Origin: the human T2T-CHM13v2.0 reference genome, Homo sapiens | Length of the DNA stretch: 64,000 nucleotides | Strand: one strand, 5' to 3' | Assembly: GCF_009914755.1 (NCBI RefSeq) | Contig: NC_060937.1 | Made by a program: the position numbers and the translations under genes | The notes under the pieces: model-generated | What the model was told of the DNA's origin: nothing | The model's database searches: none | Seen by the model: the letters and a program-made list of their open reading frames with translations, nothing else | Shown here: positions 41,159 to 55,130 of the stretch, in pieces | How positions within the stretch are numbered: the first letter of the stretch is position 1 | Layout: each line of letters opens with the position of its first letter

Positions 41159-41573
41159 TGATATGGTTTGGATCTGTGTCCCTGTCCAAATCTCATGTTG
41201 AATTATAATCCCCAGTGTTGGAGGTGGAGCCTGGTGGGAGGTGATTGGATTATTGGGGTGGATCCTTCATGAATGCTTTAGCACCATCCCCTTAGTGGTG
41301 TTCCTGAGATAGTGAATGAGTGAGTAATTGTGAGATCTGGTTGTTTAAAAGTGTGTGGCACCTCCCCTCTCTTGCTGCTGGTCTGTTCACGTAAGACATG
41401 CCTGCTTTCCCTTTGACTTCTGTCATGATTGTAAGTTTTCTGAGGCTCCCCCAGAAACAAGCTACTATGCTTCCTTTACAGCCTGAAGAACCATGAGCCA
41501 ATTAACCTCTTTTTATTATAAATTACTAAGTCTCAGATATTTCTTAATAGCAATGCAAGACTGGATTCATACA
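41159..41573 (+). mobile_element. MSTA 5' LTR (ERVL-MaLR)
   Basis: TGATATGGTTTGGATCTGTGTCCC ... ATACA, followed by the MaLR internal start GAAAATTGGTA. Confidence 0.92.
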
Positions 41574-43184
41574 GAAAATTGGTAATGAGAGTGGGGTATT
41601 ATTATAAAGATACCTGAAAATGTGGCAGCAGCTTTGGAACTGAGTAACAGGCAGAGGTTGTAAGAGTGTGGAGTGCTCAGAAAAGACAGGAAGATGAGGA
41701 AAAATTTGGAAATTCCTAGAGACTTGCTAAGTTGTTATGACCAAAGTACTGATAGTGATATGGACAACAAAGTCCAGGCTGAGAAGGTATCAGATGGAAA
41801 TGAGGTATTTATTGGGAACTGGAACAAAGGTCACTTTTGTTACACCTTGGCAAAGAGCTCGGATTGTGCCTCTGCCGTAGGGGTCTGTGAAACTTTAAAC
41901 TTGAGAGAAATGATATAAGGTATACGGTGGAAGAAATGTCTAAGCAACAAAGCTTTTAGCAGGTGGACTGGCTGCTTCTAACAACTTATGCTCGTGTGTG
42001 AGCAAAAAAACTAGAACTTACATTTAAAAGGGAAGCAGAGCATAAAAGCTTGGAAAATTTGCAGTCTTACCATGTGGTAGAAAGGAAAAGCTCATTTTGG
42101 GGGAAGAATTCCAGCAGGCTGCAGAAATTTGCATAGGTAAAGAGGAGCCAATTGCCGATAGCCAAGACAATGGTTAAAAGGCTTCTAAGGCATTTCATGG
42201 ACTTTCTTTGCAACCCCTCCCATCATGGGCTTAGAGGCCTACCAGGACAGAATGGTTTCATATCGTGGCCAGGGCCTTGCTACCCTGCACAGCCTCAGCA
42301 TCCTCATGGCCCTGCTCCCTGCATCCCAACTGCTCCAGCTCCAGTTGTAGCTCAAAACGGCCCAGGTACAGCTTGGGCTGCTGCTTCAGAAGGTGCAAGC
42401 TGTAAGCCTTGGCACCTTCCACATAGGGTTAAGCCTGCTGGTGCCCAGAGTGCAAGAGTTGAGGCTTCGGAGCCTCCACCTAGATTTCAGAGGATGTATG
42501 GAAAAGTCTCGATGTCAAAGAAGAAGTCTGCTGCAGGGGCGGAGCCCTCATAGAGAATCTCTACTAGGGCAGTGCAAAGGGGGAAAAGTGGGTCTGAAGC
42601 CCCCACACGGAGTCCTTACTGGAGCACTGCCTCCTAATGCAGCTGTGAGAAGAGGGTCACTGTCCTGCAGACCCCAGAGTGGTAGATACACCAACAGCTT
42701 GCACCTGTCACCTGGAAAAGCCACAGGCGTTAAACGTCAGCCCTTGAGAGCAGCCACAGGACTAAACTCTGCAAAACCACAGGAGCAGAGTTTGGGAGCC
42801 CACTCCTTACACCAATGTGCCCTGGATATGAGATATGGAGTCAAAGATCATTTTGGAGCTTTAAGATTTAATGATAGCCCTGTTGAGTTTCAGATTTGAG
42901 TGGGGCCTGTAGCCCCACTCATTCTCTTGGATGATTTCTTCCTTTTGGAGCAGGAGTATTTACCCAACGCTTATACCCCCATAATATCTTGAAAGTAACT
43001 AACATGTTTTTATTTGACAGGCTCATAGATTGAAGGGACTTGTCTTGTCTTAGATGAGATTTTTGACTGTGGACTTTTGAGTTAATGCTGGGATGAGTTA
43101 AAATTTTGGAGGACTGTTGAGAAAAGATGATTGTATTTTGCAATGTGAGAAGAATATGAAATTTGGGAAGGGCCAGGGGCAGAA
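41574..43184 (+). mobile_element. MSTA internal sequence
   Basis: About 1.6 kb between two LTRs; MaLR motifs CTTTGGAACTG.GTAACAGGCAGAGG and CCACCTAGATTTCAGAGGATGTATGG; PPT GGGCCAGGGGCAGAA. Confidence 0.92.
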
Positions 43185-43602
43185 TAATACGATTTAGATC
43201 TGTGTTCATACCCAAATCTCTTGTCAAATTGTAATCCCCAGTGTTGGAGGTGCGGACTAGTGGGAGCTAATTGGATCATGAGGGTGGATTCTTCATGAAT
43301 GGCTTAGCACCGTCTCCTTGTTACAGTCCTTGTGATAGTGAATGAGTAAGTAATTGCAAGATCTGGTAGTTTAAAAGTATGTGGCACCTGCCCTCTCTCT
43401 CTTGCTCCTGCTCCAGCCATGTAAGACATGCCTGCTTTCCCTTTGCCTTCTGCCATGATTTTAAGTTTCCTGAGGCCTCCCAGAAGTAGAAGCTCCAATG
43501 CTTCCTTTAGAGCTTGCAGAATCATGACCCAATTAAATATCTCTTCTTTATAAATGACCCAGTCTCAGGTATTTTTTATAGTAATGTGAGAACATTACTA
43601 TA
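43185..43602 (+). mobile_element. MSTA 3' LTR
   Basis: Diverged direct repeat of 41159-41573. Confidence 0.92.
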
Positions 43603-46596
43603 GAAGGTCAAAATTGGTCCTGAAGGGGAAGAAATTTGGCTGGAGGAGACAAATTGTGTGTGAGACACATGATATTAAGTAATTTGGTCTTAAATAATTT
43701 ATATTATATTGTTTAGGCAGTGTGGAGCCATTAAATATTATTGTGAAAGACAGTCACTTAAGCAGTACTAATTATACTATCCTTTTTTTGTTCCTACTGA
43801 AGACAGTATACATGGATGAATGACAGTCTGATACGAATATGTGGGAAAAAATTCATGTATTGGATGACTGAGTATACTAGATTAATTTCAAGGTCATTTT
43901 TCTCCTTTGGATTTTATGATTGAAATTTACTTATGTAAATTACTTATGAAAGTAAATAAGATGTTTTAATTTTTATTGTTATCCTATTGAAGGGAAAATA
44001 CTGCTTCGATAATTTATTTTTAAAAAATTAAAATTTCTCCTCTGGTTGTTTAAATATCAGGTACCTAGAAATAATATTCATAAGAACTGAAGTTAAACTT
44101 CATTTGCCAACTAATTATCATTCATATATTGGATGATTGGCTGGATAACATACTATGTTTATTTTTACCCTGATAGTTCAGTCAATCTATATTCAAAGGG
44201 AAGGGAAGAGCAAAGAGCTTCAGTTAGCCATCAAATATAAACCTTAAATTACTAAACAAACTAGAAAACACATAGTATTGATCCATTATGAAACTTCATT
44301 TTCAAGAAATGAAGGAAAGGTTGGTGTTTCAGAAATAAGACTCTATGTTGAACTGCTTGAAGATGTAATTTCCAGTGAATTGTTAAAAAGAAATTTGACC
44401 AAGAATGATCCAATAATCAAGTAGTTTAATTTCTATCCCAGTAATGTTTCATCTGTTCCATTAAATAAAGCACCATTTTATGAGCTCTATTTGAACATTC
44501 TCCAACAAAGTCTTTTATTCTAATTTCTTTATCTTACTGGTAAAAGTATCTAATAATGCCTATGAATTGGAATAACATCTTGCTTTCTTAATATATAATT
44601 ATGGTTGTTTTATGTATGTCTAAACCATATTAAAAATATATGCTTAATGAAACCCCTAGGTCTAGTGAAGCAGGATGATACTCTCACAGGCCTGTCATTA
44701 TTTACGCCTCTATATATCTGCTTTTTTGTTGTTGTTGTTTTCTTCTCACAGTTACTCAAAGCCAGAAATCACCATCTTTACTTAGCTGAAGCCAAGATGT
44801 CTGTGTACCCCTTGCTTCGTTCTCATGGCTGTTTATACCTTTTAACTTTACATAATACAGAATTAATATTGTGCTTTTCTAATAAACACCATTATTCTAC
44901 ACTTATTTCTACCTAACACTAACTTAACCAGTTTAAAAATTAAAATATCAGGAATCATGTATGAAAAACTACCATTTTGACTGTCCATATTTTTATACAG
45001 TATTATCTGGGTAAGAAAATGCAAATAAAATGTCAAACACATTGTATGTGTGCTTATTTAGGCTATGGACAATCTTTTTAAATGAAAGTCACAGATAAAT
45101 CCAGAAGAAGTCAACCTATTCAGTAAAAGGGAAAAACTCCTTATTTCTTCCAGTAAGCATGCAGCTAGTTTTAGACAACACACTAAAGGAAAGTGACTAT
45201 TATATAAATCCAATTCTAAAAATAAAAAAAAATTATCAAATATCCAGTAATAAAGAGCTACCCAACCTAACTTGTAATAGTAAACACGCAATAGAATTTC
45301 TGTAATTTAGTTGTTATCCTTACAAAATGGCAAAATATTGTTCCTTTATTGATCATTATTTTGGGGGCCATTTGTACTAACTTACTTATTACCCATTTAT
45401 TCCTTCTTAAGAAATATTAGTCAACATAATATTTAATAATATTTTAAAATCCTGTCTCTGCTATATTTAATGTTTAATATCAATTGAAATTTTAAACCAT
45501 ACATAATAAATACCATTTATTTCCTTTTTGGAATCTCTCACACTGACAAATATTTCATTCTTTTCTAAGTCATCTGTATTCCCAGATGAACATAAGGGCA
45601 TAAATTCCCAGTTACATGAACTTAAGGGTATAAAACAATGCAATGACATGAAAATTCATCTGATACATACCTCTACAAACTGTCTCCACTATATACTTAT
45701 CCAGATGTTAGTGTTCTGGTTAATATATGTCATCAAACACTGAATCTGCTTGACAAGGATTTCTAATCCAGATCTTACTTACTATTAATACATTCGAAGT
45801 GCTAGCATTTTTACATTTACTATAAAACTCACATGAATCATCAATAAATTTAATTTTCTATTTATGACAAAATTAGCGCGTTGATTTCTCCAAAAGTAAG
45901 ACAGAGATATTCATATGGCAAAAAATACTGAAAGCCAATAATAGTGAACTCAGTCAAAAGACAGATTGATAAAATTTGCTATGCCTGATCCTACATATCA
46001 GAACTGTTTTGGGTAAACTCCCAGTAAGTTTAATCATTTGGAAAGACACCAAATAAATTAGAACATACATATGGAAAATATGATCTTGTAAACAATCCAT
46101 ATTTACAACAGTGTGCATTGCTTGATTGCCAATCTGCTGGTGGGATTTACGTATCCTCTTTGCACTTATCTGTTATTTGTGAGTATATGGATTTCTAAAC
46201 TAATCTTTCTTTCCTTTCTTCCAATCAAATAAAGAGAACAGTAATTGTGCAGTGTCACATGAATAAATATTACTTTCCTAAAGGTGAATCAAGAGTCTTA
46301 ATTTTGAGTCTATGAAGTAAGTGAAAATGAGGAAAATACACTTTATAATCAGTTTCATAAATAATTCTGCTGTGCTCTCATCTTAAAAGCTTTAGTATCA
46401 AGTTAATTTTATTTTTATTAAATTAGAAACAAATATATAAATATACAATTCTGAAAAGTATCTTTTAACAGTATTGGTGTTATTGGTTATTTTCTTGCAA
46501 AATGTGCTTATTTAGGCCTAAATCATATGACAGATTGCTGTAACTCTCTACCCATGTCATGTAGGTAAAGAATGCTATGAAACTATTGCTCCTTTA

Positions 46597-47232
46597 TGTA
46601 GTAAGGAATTTGATCTCGCCCAAAGAGAGGTCTGGCCTTGTCCTTGGCTAACCTCCAAACTCTTGTAATTTTCCAAGGGACAGGACCATCTCTTGTTATT
46701 AACGCTGGGTACCTGAAAGTTTATTCTCAGAAGGTCACTCAGGTAGGCCCATGAGGCTATATAATATGTCACACCTTTTGGGGGTGGTGGTTAAAGTTCA
46801 ACCGAATGAGTCATGCATCAACCAATCATGCCTAGGTAATGAAGCCTCAATAAAAATTCTGAAGGTCAGGTGAGCTTCCCCGGCTGGCAAAACTCTGTAC
46901 ATACTATCACATGTAATAGTGAAGAGGAGGTGAGACAGTCTGTGTCTCCACAGTGAGTGAATAAGCAGAAGCTTCCTGTTTGGGCCCCTCCCGCACCCTG
47001 CCCTATGTGTTTTTTCTTTTGGTTAGTTTTAATTTGTATCTTTTTCCTTATAATAAACATACTGTGAGTATACCATTTCAGTTGGTCCTGTGAGTCTTGC
47101 TAGTGAATTATCATATCTGAATGTGGTCTCAGAAAAATCCTGAACTTATGTTTGGTGTTAGAAGTCTTGGGTAGATTTGGCAGCCTGGAGAACTGCCCGG
47201 TAACCTTGCAGTTTGGTTAACTCTGGAGACAC
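46597..47232 (+). mobile_element. MER77/MER21-family LTR
   Basis: TGTAGTAAGGAATTTGA.CTCGCCCAAAGAGAGGTCTGGCC start; CAATCATGCCTA.GTAATGAAGCCTCAATAAAA; CTAGTGAATTATC; right boundary approximate. Confidence 0.75.
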
Positions 47233-50200
47233 ATAAGGTCAAACTGTTGTAGAGCATTTCTTTTTTATTTAAAATAGATTATAAGCAAAGACTATGTAAT
47301 CAAGGCATAAATCTAATTATGAATTTCTATTTCTATAATGAATGGTAGCCCCTATAAAGTAATAGTTCAGTATCCTCAATTAATTGATTTCTGAAATAAT
47401 GTATTTGATTTTATTAATTGAAAATATTTTTACATGTTAAAAACTTTTCAGCTTTAAAAATAATGTGTAAGCACATAATTTACAATATATTTGTTTAAAA
47501 TAATATGGGGTGAGTTTTGATTAAGAAAACTTTTAAAAATAAAAAATTGTATCTATATAGTCAATGCATTTTTGGTTTTCTTTTATATTTGGACCACTGG
47601 TTGTCCACTAGTTATTGTTCATTGTGATCCACTAGTTTATTTTACTGAGACTATATAACTTATTCTTACAAGAGCTCTAACAATGACTAAGAGCAAACAA
47701 ATTCTGATAATATCAAAACAATTGTATTTACTTCTAAAAGATGCCATAAGCAAACATAAAAAGAATTTTCAAATAAAATATAAAATATTTCATAGATATG
47801 AATTGGTATTCTAACAACATTAGTGAAATACCTGCTAGGACCTAGCACGAAGACAATGCGTCCTAAAAGCTGCCTGAAAGACTAGCAATAATGCTGTGCT
47901 CTCCTGGCCATTATTTTAAGAGATTTAGGAGACAATTTCAAAACACTAGAAAGCCAGATAATCTTTCATTCTTTTTTTATTTTACTTTTAAACTCAAAGC
48001 TGGCATACCTTCCCAATAGGTGAAGCAAAATACTCATTTTTATTTTTGAATGATCAAATTTTCCATTCCCTAGTGGCTTTTTCCATTTGGATAATGATCT
48101 TCAGATCTTTGTAGTGAGAAAGAGACAAATTGCATCGATGGGAAGTGTTCCAGAAAGTGAGCTGCAATACTTGACCCAGTGTCAAGCTGGAGTCTGGCTG
48201 CTTTTTTTTCCACTTTAATGATGCTAACCTACAGTTATGATGGAGAAATAGAATATATTTCTTCATGGAGACCTGTTGTTCAGTATCACAAAACCTAGAT
48301 GCTATGCAAGAGGATTAATGACTTAGTAGAAAAAAAGAGTTGAACTCTTCTGGCTACTAGCTACAGAGCTCATCAATCTATTAAGTTAACATCAGCAATG
48401 TGTAAGGTTTTGATTTCTAAAACGAGGAAAAAATACTTAGCAGAAATACTTTTAAGAATCAACCAACAAAATCCTTTTCTAAAGTCACAAAAAAATTACT
48501 AAAAGGCAAAGTAAGTTTTCTGTTTAATATGTGAAATAAAACATTTCCTTTTAAAGTTAGGTTACCCAAATATCAATAGTATGGTGAAGTATTAATGATT
48601 TTCTGTTAGTTAAACTTAGTGCTTAAAAATTTTGCCAAACATGGCAGGAACAAGAGCAGATGGAGTTAAGATGATGAAGAAACTTCTGCCTAAGCTCTTG
48701 GATACATTAGCAAATAATCAAACACTTTTAAAAATTGAAATATGTTCTCGTAAAAGATGTGGAAGGATGCCAGTTTGTAGAGAATTACATTCTTTTAAGA
48801 GAAAATACATATTATGGGAAAATTATTATGGTGTTATCTTTGGAACCGTATTTTAAAAATGTATTTCCACATACTATGAAAAAACACAATATATTAAAAT
48901 AGTATAAAATAGTTGACTAATTAAAATAAAATACAAGACCAATATTTCATTAAGAATTATTTCCAATATCCTGAAATTCAAGAATATACCTTTTCTGACC
49001 CAAGATTTCATGGTGAATTAAAGATAATTTGTAAAGCTGTCTCCACAAAGTCGTTTGTATGTTTGGTGTTACCAACTGTCCTTTTCTTATTAAATATAGC
49101 AGTTTTCTTCTCAATAATGATGGTAGCATTTTTAATGTGATTATTTCTGTTTATATTTTGATTGTAATCTAGTTATTTTTAATTTGATGTTTTGTTTCCC
49201 TGTTCATTTTTTAAGTTGATGGCATGTCATCAATTATTTCTTATTTTCCTTTCTAAACAAAAAAGCAGTTATTTCCCATCCTCAAAAATTATTCTCAAAC
49301 ACAGGACAAAATATCTTTATTCCATAAGACTTTATGACAGAGTAACGTGATAAATAAGCATTCCTGTAAGCACTAATAACAGATCATCTTTTCTCACAAA
49401 AAATATAAAACATATGAAGAAATGACTATACTTAATATTGAAATATTTTTAAAGCATCTGAATTTTTCAGTAGACAAGACTAATAGTGATATAAATGAAG
49501 CCCTTCCCTGATTTATTCATTAATGTTTCATATATCAATTGTCTTCAACAACCTTAAAATCTTTTTGTGTCATTAAGAAAAAAATAGCAACCTTACTTGA
49601 TAAACACATGACTTGAGGAATCAAACATAGTTTTGGTTGTTAAAAGATTTGAAAAGCAGCCCTAAGAACAGATTTGAAAACAGGAAGCCAAAGTAGTGGG
49701 GACTTGTTTTTTTTTCCAAATCCTCAAAATGTTTGCAAAATGGCACTAACAACTTCCAAGTAAGATTTCTGGAACTTTATTTTTCATTGGGAAAAGGCTT
49801 AGAGTTTAGAAAAAAACAAGTCATCTCATGGAAAAAGTAACTTTTATTATTATTAAATTCAATAACTTATAAAGCTTCGATTTTTAACCTCTTCTAAATA
49901 ATGTCTTTTATCTATTTAAATATGGATTTGCATTTAAAAACTTAATTCTAGAACATTCACTTTAATCCCTCTGATACCAAACATTCCTGAGTCATTTCTC
50001 CTGAAAAACTGTCCCTGTTAGTATTTTACTTAATCAGCATTTTAGGCATTATTTACATTTTTTGGATAGTTTCTATAATAATCAGAGTTAGTGTAATGAA
50101 ATGTAACTTGGCATTTTTCAATCAATCATAATTGACCCTATATCTATGTCCAGCTTTACTCAACAACAAAAAAGGAAAATTGTTAACTTTTATATTTAGA

Positions 50201-50659
50201 AAGTTACTTTTCTAACTGCCCAAAATATCAGGAATTAAAGCTATTCTCATGACAAAAAAAATAAGAGAAAATAACACTCATGATTTTGAAATCAATAGAG
50301 AATATTTAATGTGATTAGATTTTCAGGAAGTTGAATATGGGTACTGAGATAGCGTTCTTTAGAAAACGAAATAAATTTCCAAAGTTTCTCACACATTTTC
50401 CCCAAACTGCTTTAAGTTGATAAGCAGTAGTCAAGCTCTTCATCTTTTAGATGAGAAAATGTTTTGTCTTTATTCTGAATAATAAATTATAGTAGCTTAG
50501 AGGGGGAAGAAACAAAACAAAAAGTACAAGAATCTGAAAGCCCTCACAATTAGAATACTGGCACAGAATTTTTATTAATGACTTTCCAGTTTATAAATTC
50601 CATTACATAGAAATTTTATTCCCATGACATACCAGGGAAAATAGTGACTGTCTAAAGGG

Positions 50660-51193
50660 GACCGTCATTAGTCTTGGGTCTCTAGGCACTATTATTTTCT
50701 AATAGCACCTGATATTTTCGAAGGGAATTGATTCTCTTCCACAGAGTGTAGTCTTGCTAGAAAAGTACCGTCTAGTTCTCTAATTCTACTTCCCACTTTT
50801 TTCATTAGATGCCTGGTGGGCCAGATCCTTTATCCATCCATACTTGAGACAGCCTGTAGCTGGTGTGTGACCAACTGATAATGAGATCCTTATCATAATG
50901 AAGTGATTATCACTGGTGGGAGCTGAAGGCATGGAGATGATCACAGCAACAGAGATGTACTTTTCAAGGTAAACTGACTAGTCATTCCTGCTATAGATGG
51001 TGGTTTTCTTCCTGCTTTCTGCTTCGTAGCTCTCAGGAGCTTTCATAATCTCAGCAGTCCCCAAGACTGCCCTCCCAGACTTTGTTTGATTCTGCAAGTT
51101 CCCCAATTTACCTCCCATTTCTTATGAAAATCCTCATTTGCCTTAAGTTACCTGGAATTAATACTTGTCACTAAGAGCACTAACTGTTGATAC
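50660..51193 (+). mobile_element. Old ERVL/MaLR-type solo LTR, subfamily uncertain
   Basis: GC-elevated block ending AAATCCTC.TTTGCCTTAAGTTA...AAGAGCACTAACTG, typical of ERVL/MLT 3' ends. Confidence 0.45.
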
Positions 51194-51449
51194 TACCTTC
51201 CTACTAAAAATATATACACTGGAAATTGAATTCATCCTACGTATTTCTTATTTTATAATTTTTTAAAATTATTAATATCAATCTACTTTATGAGACCTGT
51301 ACTATTTGACCTATAATTCTATATCTTTCTTATATTCAAGTCAATGATACAAGATACTAGTGATTAAGAAAAATATTAATAACATTGCATTACATTTTGG
51401 ACAAAAATTTTTAATTATAAACATACTTCCATATAAATTGTTTCATATG

Positions 51450-51620
51450 ATCATCACAAAAGCTCAACTTAAAGAGAATAAATTCTTATTCTCTGTTTTA
51501 CAAAAGAACTACCATTTAGTGAGGGTAAGCAGTTTTCTAGTATAGGACATAATAAGTGCCAGAACTTTAAACCACATTTTAAACTTCATATTTAGTGCTA
51601 TTTACCATACAACCACTGCA
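51450..51620 (-). mobile_element. Degenerate MIR
   Basis: CTGTTTTACAAAAGAA..TTAGTGAGGGTAAG..AAGTGCCAGAAC. Confidence 0.45.
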
Positions 51621-53090
51621 TCCCAGCCCTGTGCATGGGACAATCAAAGAACAAGTCAGTGGGATATGTTACTATCAAATAAAAAATACAAAAAGAGGAA
51701 AGTTTGTAGGCATTGTTCTTAGAACAATGTATTAGATCATATAGAACAGTGTCAAGGGTTGATTGTAATGTCAGATTTCATTGACACAGTCAGAAGAAAT
51801 CTATAACACTATCAGATTATTTCTCTTACATTTTAAGGGGCCTTGTAGAAATGTCACTGGTCTCCAGGAATCTCCTTCTGCCAGTGTCTTCTACCAGGAC
51901 ACTTTCTCCGGATAAATATGGGAAACTCAAAGGCTTTGGCTACATGAATTTTAAATTTCTTTCTCTCCATAGGCACCCTTTTAGGCCAAGGACTCTATTT
52001 ATTGTGTCAAGGGTAGAATATCTGAGTATTGAAGAGAGTGGCTGACACAAAGAAGTATTTAACTTCATTTGTCAATTTTAATAATTGGCATGTATTCGTA
52101 GGCTTTTAAATAATATTCAAATTTTAAAATCCTGTAACTTGGGTCTTCAAAGGAGCCTCCTTCCAAAACAATTTCCAATAGACATAAGGAGAAATGAAGG
52201 ATGTGACAATATATATGTGAACCAGAATTATATTTGGATTTAACAGGTCAATTATTCAGCTGATATTTCTATTTGAATACGCTTACACAGGAAAATGTAG
52301 GGATAAGTTGAATTTATGGTGATGAGGAGTGGAGCACGTAAGGTCAGGGGTAGCACCATGATCCATGGTGCTGAAGGGCCAACAGGTCCCAAAGGCTAAT
52401 GGATCAAAAGCAGATGATAACATTATGTATCCAGCACCATGCTCCTAAGACCTTGCACACTGTGTGAAAGGTGACCACACTGCTGGATGAAATTCCAAGT
52501 GAAGCGGCATACACAGATTCTCTTAAGGGAACGTTTGAACTTTTGATCAAAATACAGCCCAGTGAATTCTGGAGAAAGAGTCTGAAAAACATCAGAATAT
52601 TTTTGTTCTAAAGAATGTACAGTCTAGTCATATTGTATTGTGTCTTGTCATATTGTATTTTTCATAATATTTATTCTGATGTGATTTGCTATTTGAATGC
52701 TGTTTCACTCTCTGAAATATGAAAAACTTGGATCCTTCTTGACCAAATTACTGTAAACAATGACAGACTTATTGGACCTTACATAATGACATTCAAACAG
52801 AACAAAATTCAGTCCTGTGTGAGGAAGATGAATACTTCCAACAGACCAAACAGAAAAACTTAATTTTTCCTCCTGCCTGAGTCATACATCCCCAGAAGAC
52901 TCACACTACGTATTTCCTCTCTTCTGGGCTGGAATTGGTCTTACTCTGTGCTTACTTGCTGCTATTATGATGTTTAAACAGCAAGTCACTGAAGGAGATA
53001 GAAAAATGCTCAAATAGTATCCACATCACATCTACTTACAGTAGTGCTGGAGTAACATAATGCAATTCTGTAGAGTTGTATAATTTTTCT

Positions 53091-53218
53091 ATTATTTATT
53101 TATTAGAAACAGGGTCTTGCTCTGTTGCTCAGGCTGGGAGTTCAGTAGCACCATCACAGCCCACTGCGCCCTCAAACTACTTAGCTTAGGCGATCCTCCC
53201 ACCTCAGCCTCCCAAAAT
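53091..53218 (-). mobile_element. Alu monomer fragment (FRAM or AluJ right arm)
   Basis: ACAGGGTCTTGCTCTGTTGC.CAGGCTGG ... GATCCTCCCACCTCAGCCTCCC. Confidence 0.85.
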
Positions 53219-54510
53219 ACTTTCTTAAATACTACATGATGTTGATTTCTTTGCTTTTACTTTGTGGTGAGCTCTAGTGCTGAAAAGGGTCTTCTCCCTC
53301 CATTTCTTTCCTGTTTCTAAATTCTGTTTATCTAAATAACATAGGGATAAACCTGAAAAGCAGGATATTACTAGAGACAAGGTTTTGAGCATTTGTTATT
53401 TATGCTTTCATAGCCATGTCTACAGAGAATTAAGGGACAATGCCTTTTATATGTTTAATTTTATTTATTACCATAAGATCCAGCTACAGGTCCAAACTCG
53501 ACTATAATTCAATTAGCAGAAAAAATATCTGTCCAAAGGAAACTACTAGAATGGCAATACTGTTTTAGGACACTTGCTGTTATCTTGTAACTGTTAAAAT
53601 AAGATTTCTCTGTTTTACATCAATCAAAGGATACAAGTTTCAGATTTTGCCATTGCAGTATGGACTATATTAACTGGTGTTTTCTTGATTTGTGACACTG
53701 TTAGATGTTATTTTCATCACTGTGCCAAGGGGTAACTGAATAATCATTTGGTCTAGCCACTACTTGTAGGTTAGCGAACTTCTGAAAGAAACATGCACTT
53801 AATAGACCGTGCTGAAAGATATAAATACTCCTTAATTATTAGCAAAGCTTGTGTTCCAATCCTGGCAGAAAGGTCTCTGTTAATAAACTCAGTGTGTGTT
53901 TTAACTCCAGAATGCTGAAAAAAATAGACATTTTTGGTCAGTCTGAACTCAAACCAAATATCTTGCCACCTGTAAGCAGACCCAAGAAAAAAGAAATCTC
54001 ATTGCTGAGAAAATAAAATTTTACATTAAAGATTTTTTAATGAATATAAATGTTTAAATATTATTACATTTGAAGAATACATAGCACAAAAAAGTTGTGA
54101 AACTTTACATATAAACAGGAAAGCGTGAGGAAGAAAGAAGGGCAGGGGAAAAACACCTTAACACACCATGACCAACCCTACAAAAGTGTGGTCAGATCAA
54201 GGTCATAGAATGAGATCAATCTGATTAGCAATTCCTCCTCCAAGGATTTAGTCAACTAAGCAGATGCTGCATTACCGTTTCATTTATTGAGCCAGTATTG
54301 ATTTTAAAATCTAATAATTCCAGCCCAAAATCTTTTGTTAGTTTCTTTTCAAAGTTATTTTTTATTGAAGGGTGACATAAGTGAAGAAAATGTATTACTC
54401 ATAAGTGTGTAGTCTGATAGATTCATATAACTATATAGATTGAGAAAAGGGGATGTCATCTAGACTCAAGAAGCTTCCCATGTGCTTCTGTACTGTCAAA
54501 ACATTTTCTA

Positions 54511-54811
54511 GACCGGGTGAAGTGGCTCACGCCTGTAATCCCACCGCTTTGGGAGGCTAAGCCAGGTGGATCATCTGAGGTCAGAAGTTCAAGACCAGCC
54601 TGGCCAACATGGTGAAACCCCGTCTCTACTAAAAATACAAAAAATAGTCCAGTGTGGTGCACGTGCCTGTAATCCCAGCTACTAGAGGGTGCTGAGGCAG
54701 GAGAATTGCTTGAACCTGGGAGGCAGAGGTTGCAATGAGCTGAGATCATGCCACTGCACTCCAGCCTGAGTGACAAAGTGAGACTCTGACCCTTCCCACA
54801 AAAAAAAAAAA
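54511..54811 (+). mobile_element. AluS (Sx/Sz-like)
   Basis: Full dimer with polyA; TTCTAG at both junctions. Confidence 0.96.
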
Positions 54812-55130
54812 TTCTAGCATAGGTAACCACTATTTTGACTTTTAATGTCATAAATTAATTTTACCTGTTTTGATCGTTATAAATTGAATTACAAATACCG
54901 TGGGATTTTTTTCTTTGCTGTTTTCCAGTAATCATTAGTATGTGATATTTCTTACACAAGAAGAATTGGTTGCACAACAGGTTGTGGTTGCACAACAAAA
55001 CTTCATTCATTTTCATTGCTATGTAATATTCCTCTTTGTGAATATACCACAGTTGCATTGCTTATTTTACAGTTGATGAACATGTAAACAGAATTCAGAT
55101 TGGGCTGATTGCAAATGCTGCTGTACGTGA

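Noticed and set aside
41673-42899. 81-168 aa ORFs, including the longest in the window
   Set aside because: Broken frames within the GC-richer MSTA internal sequence
51820-52045. Two acceptor-like sites (near 51837 and 51972) and a 64-aa ORF
   Set aside because: No convincing paired donor and no recognisable protein similarity
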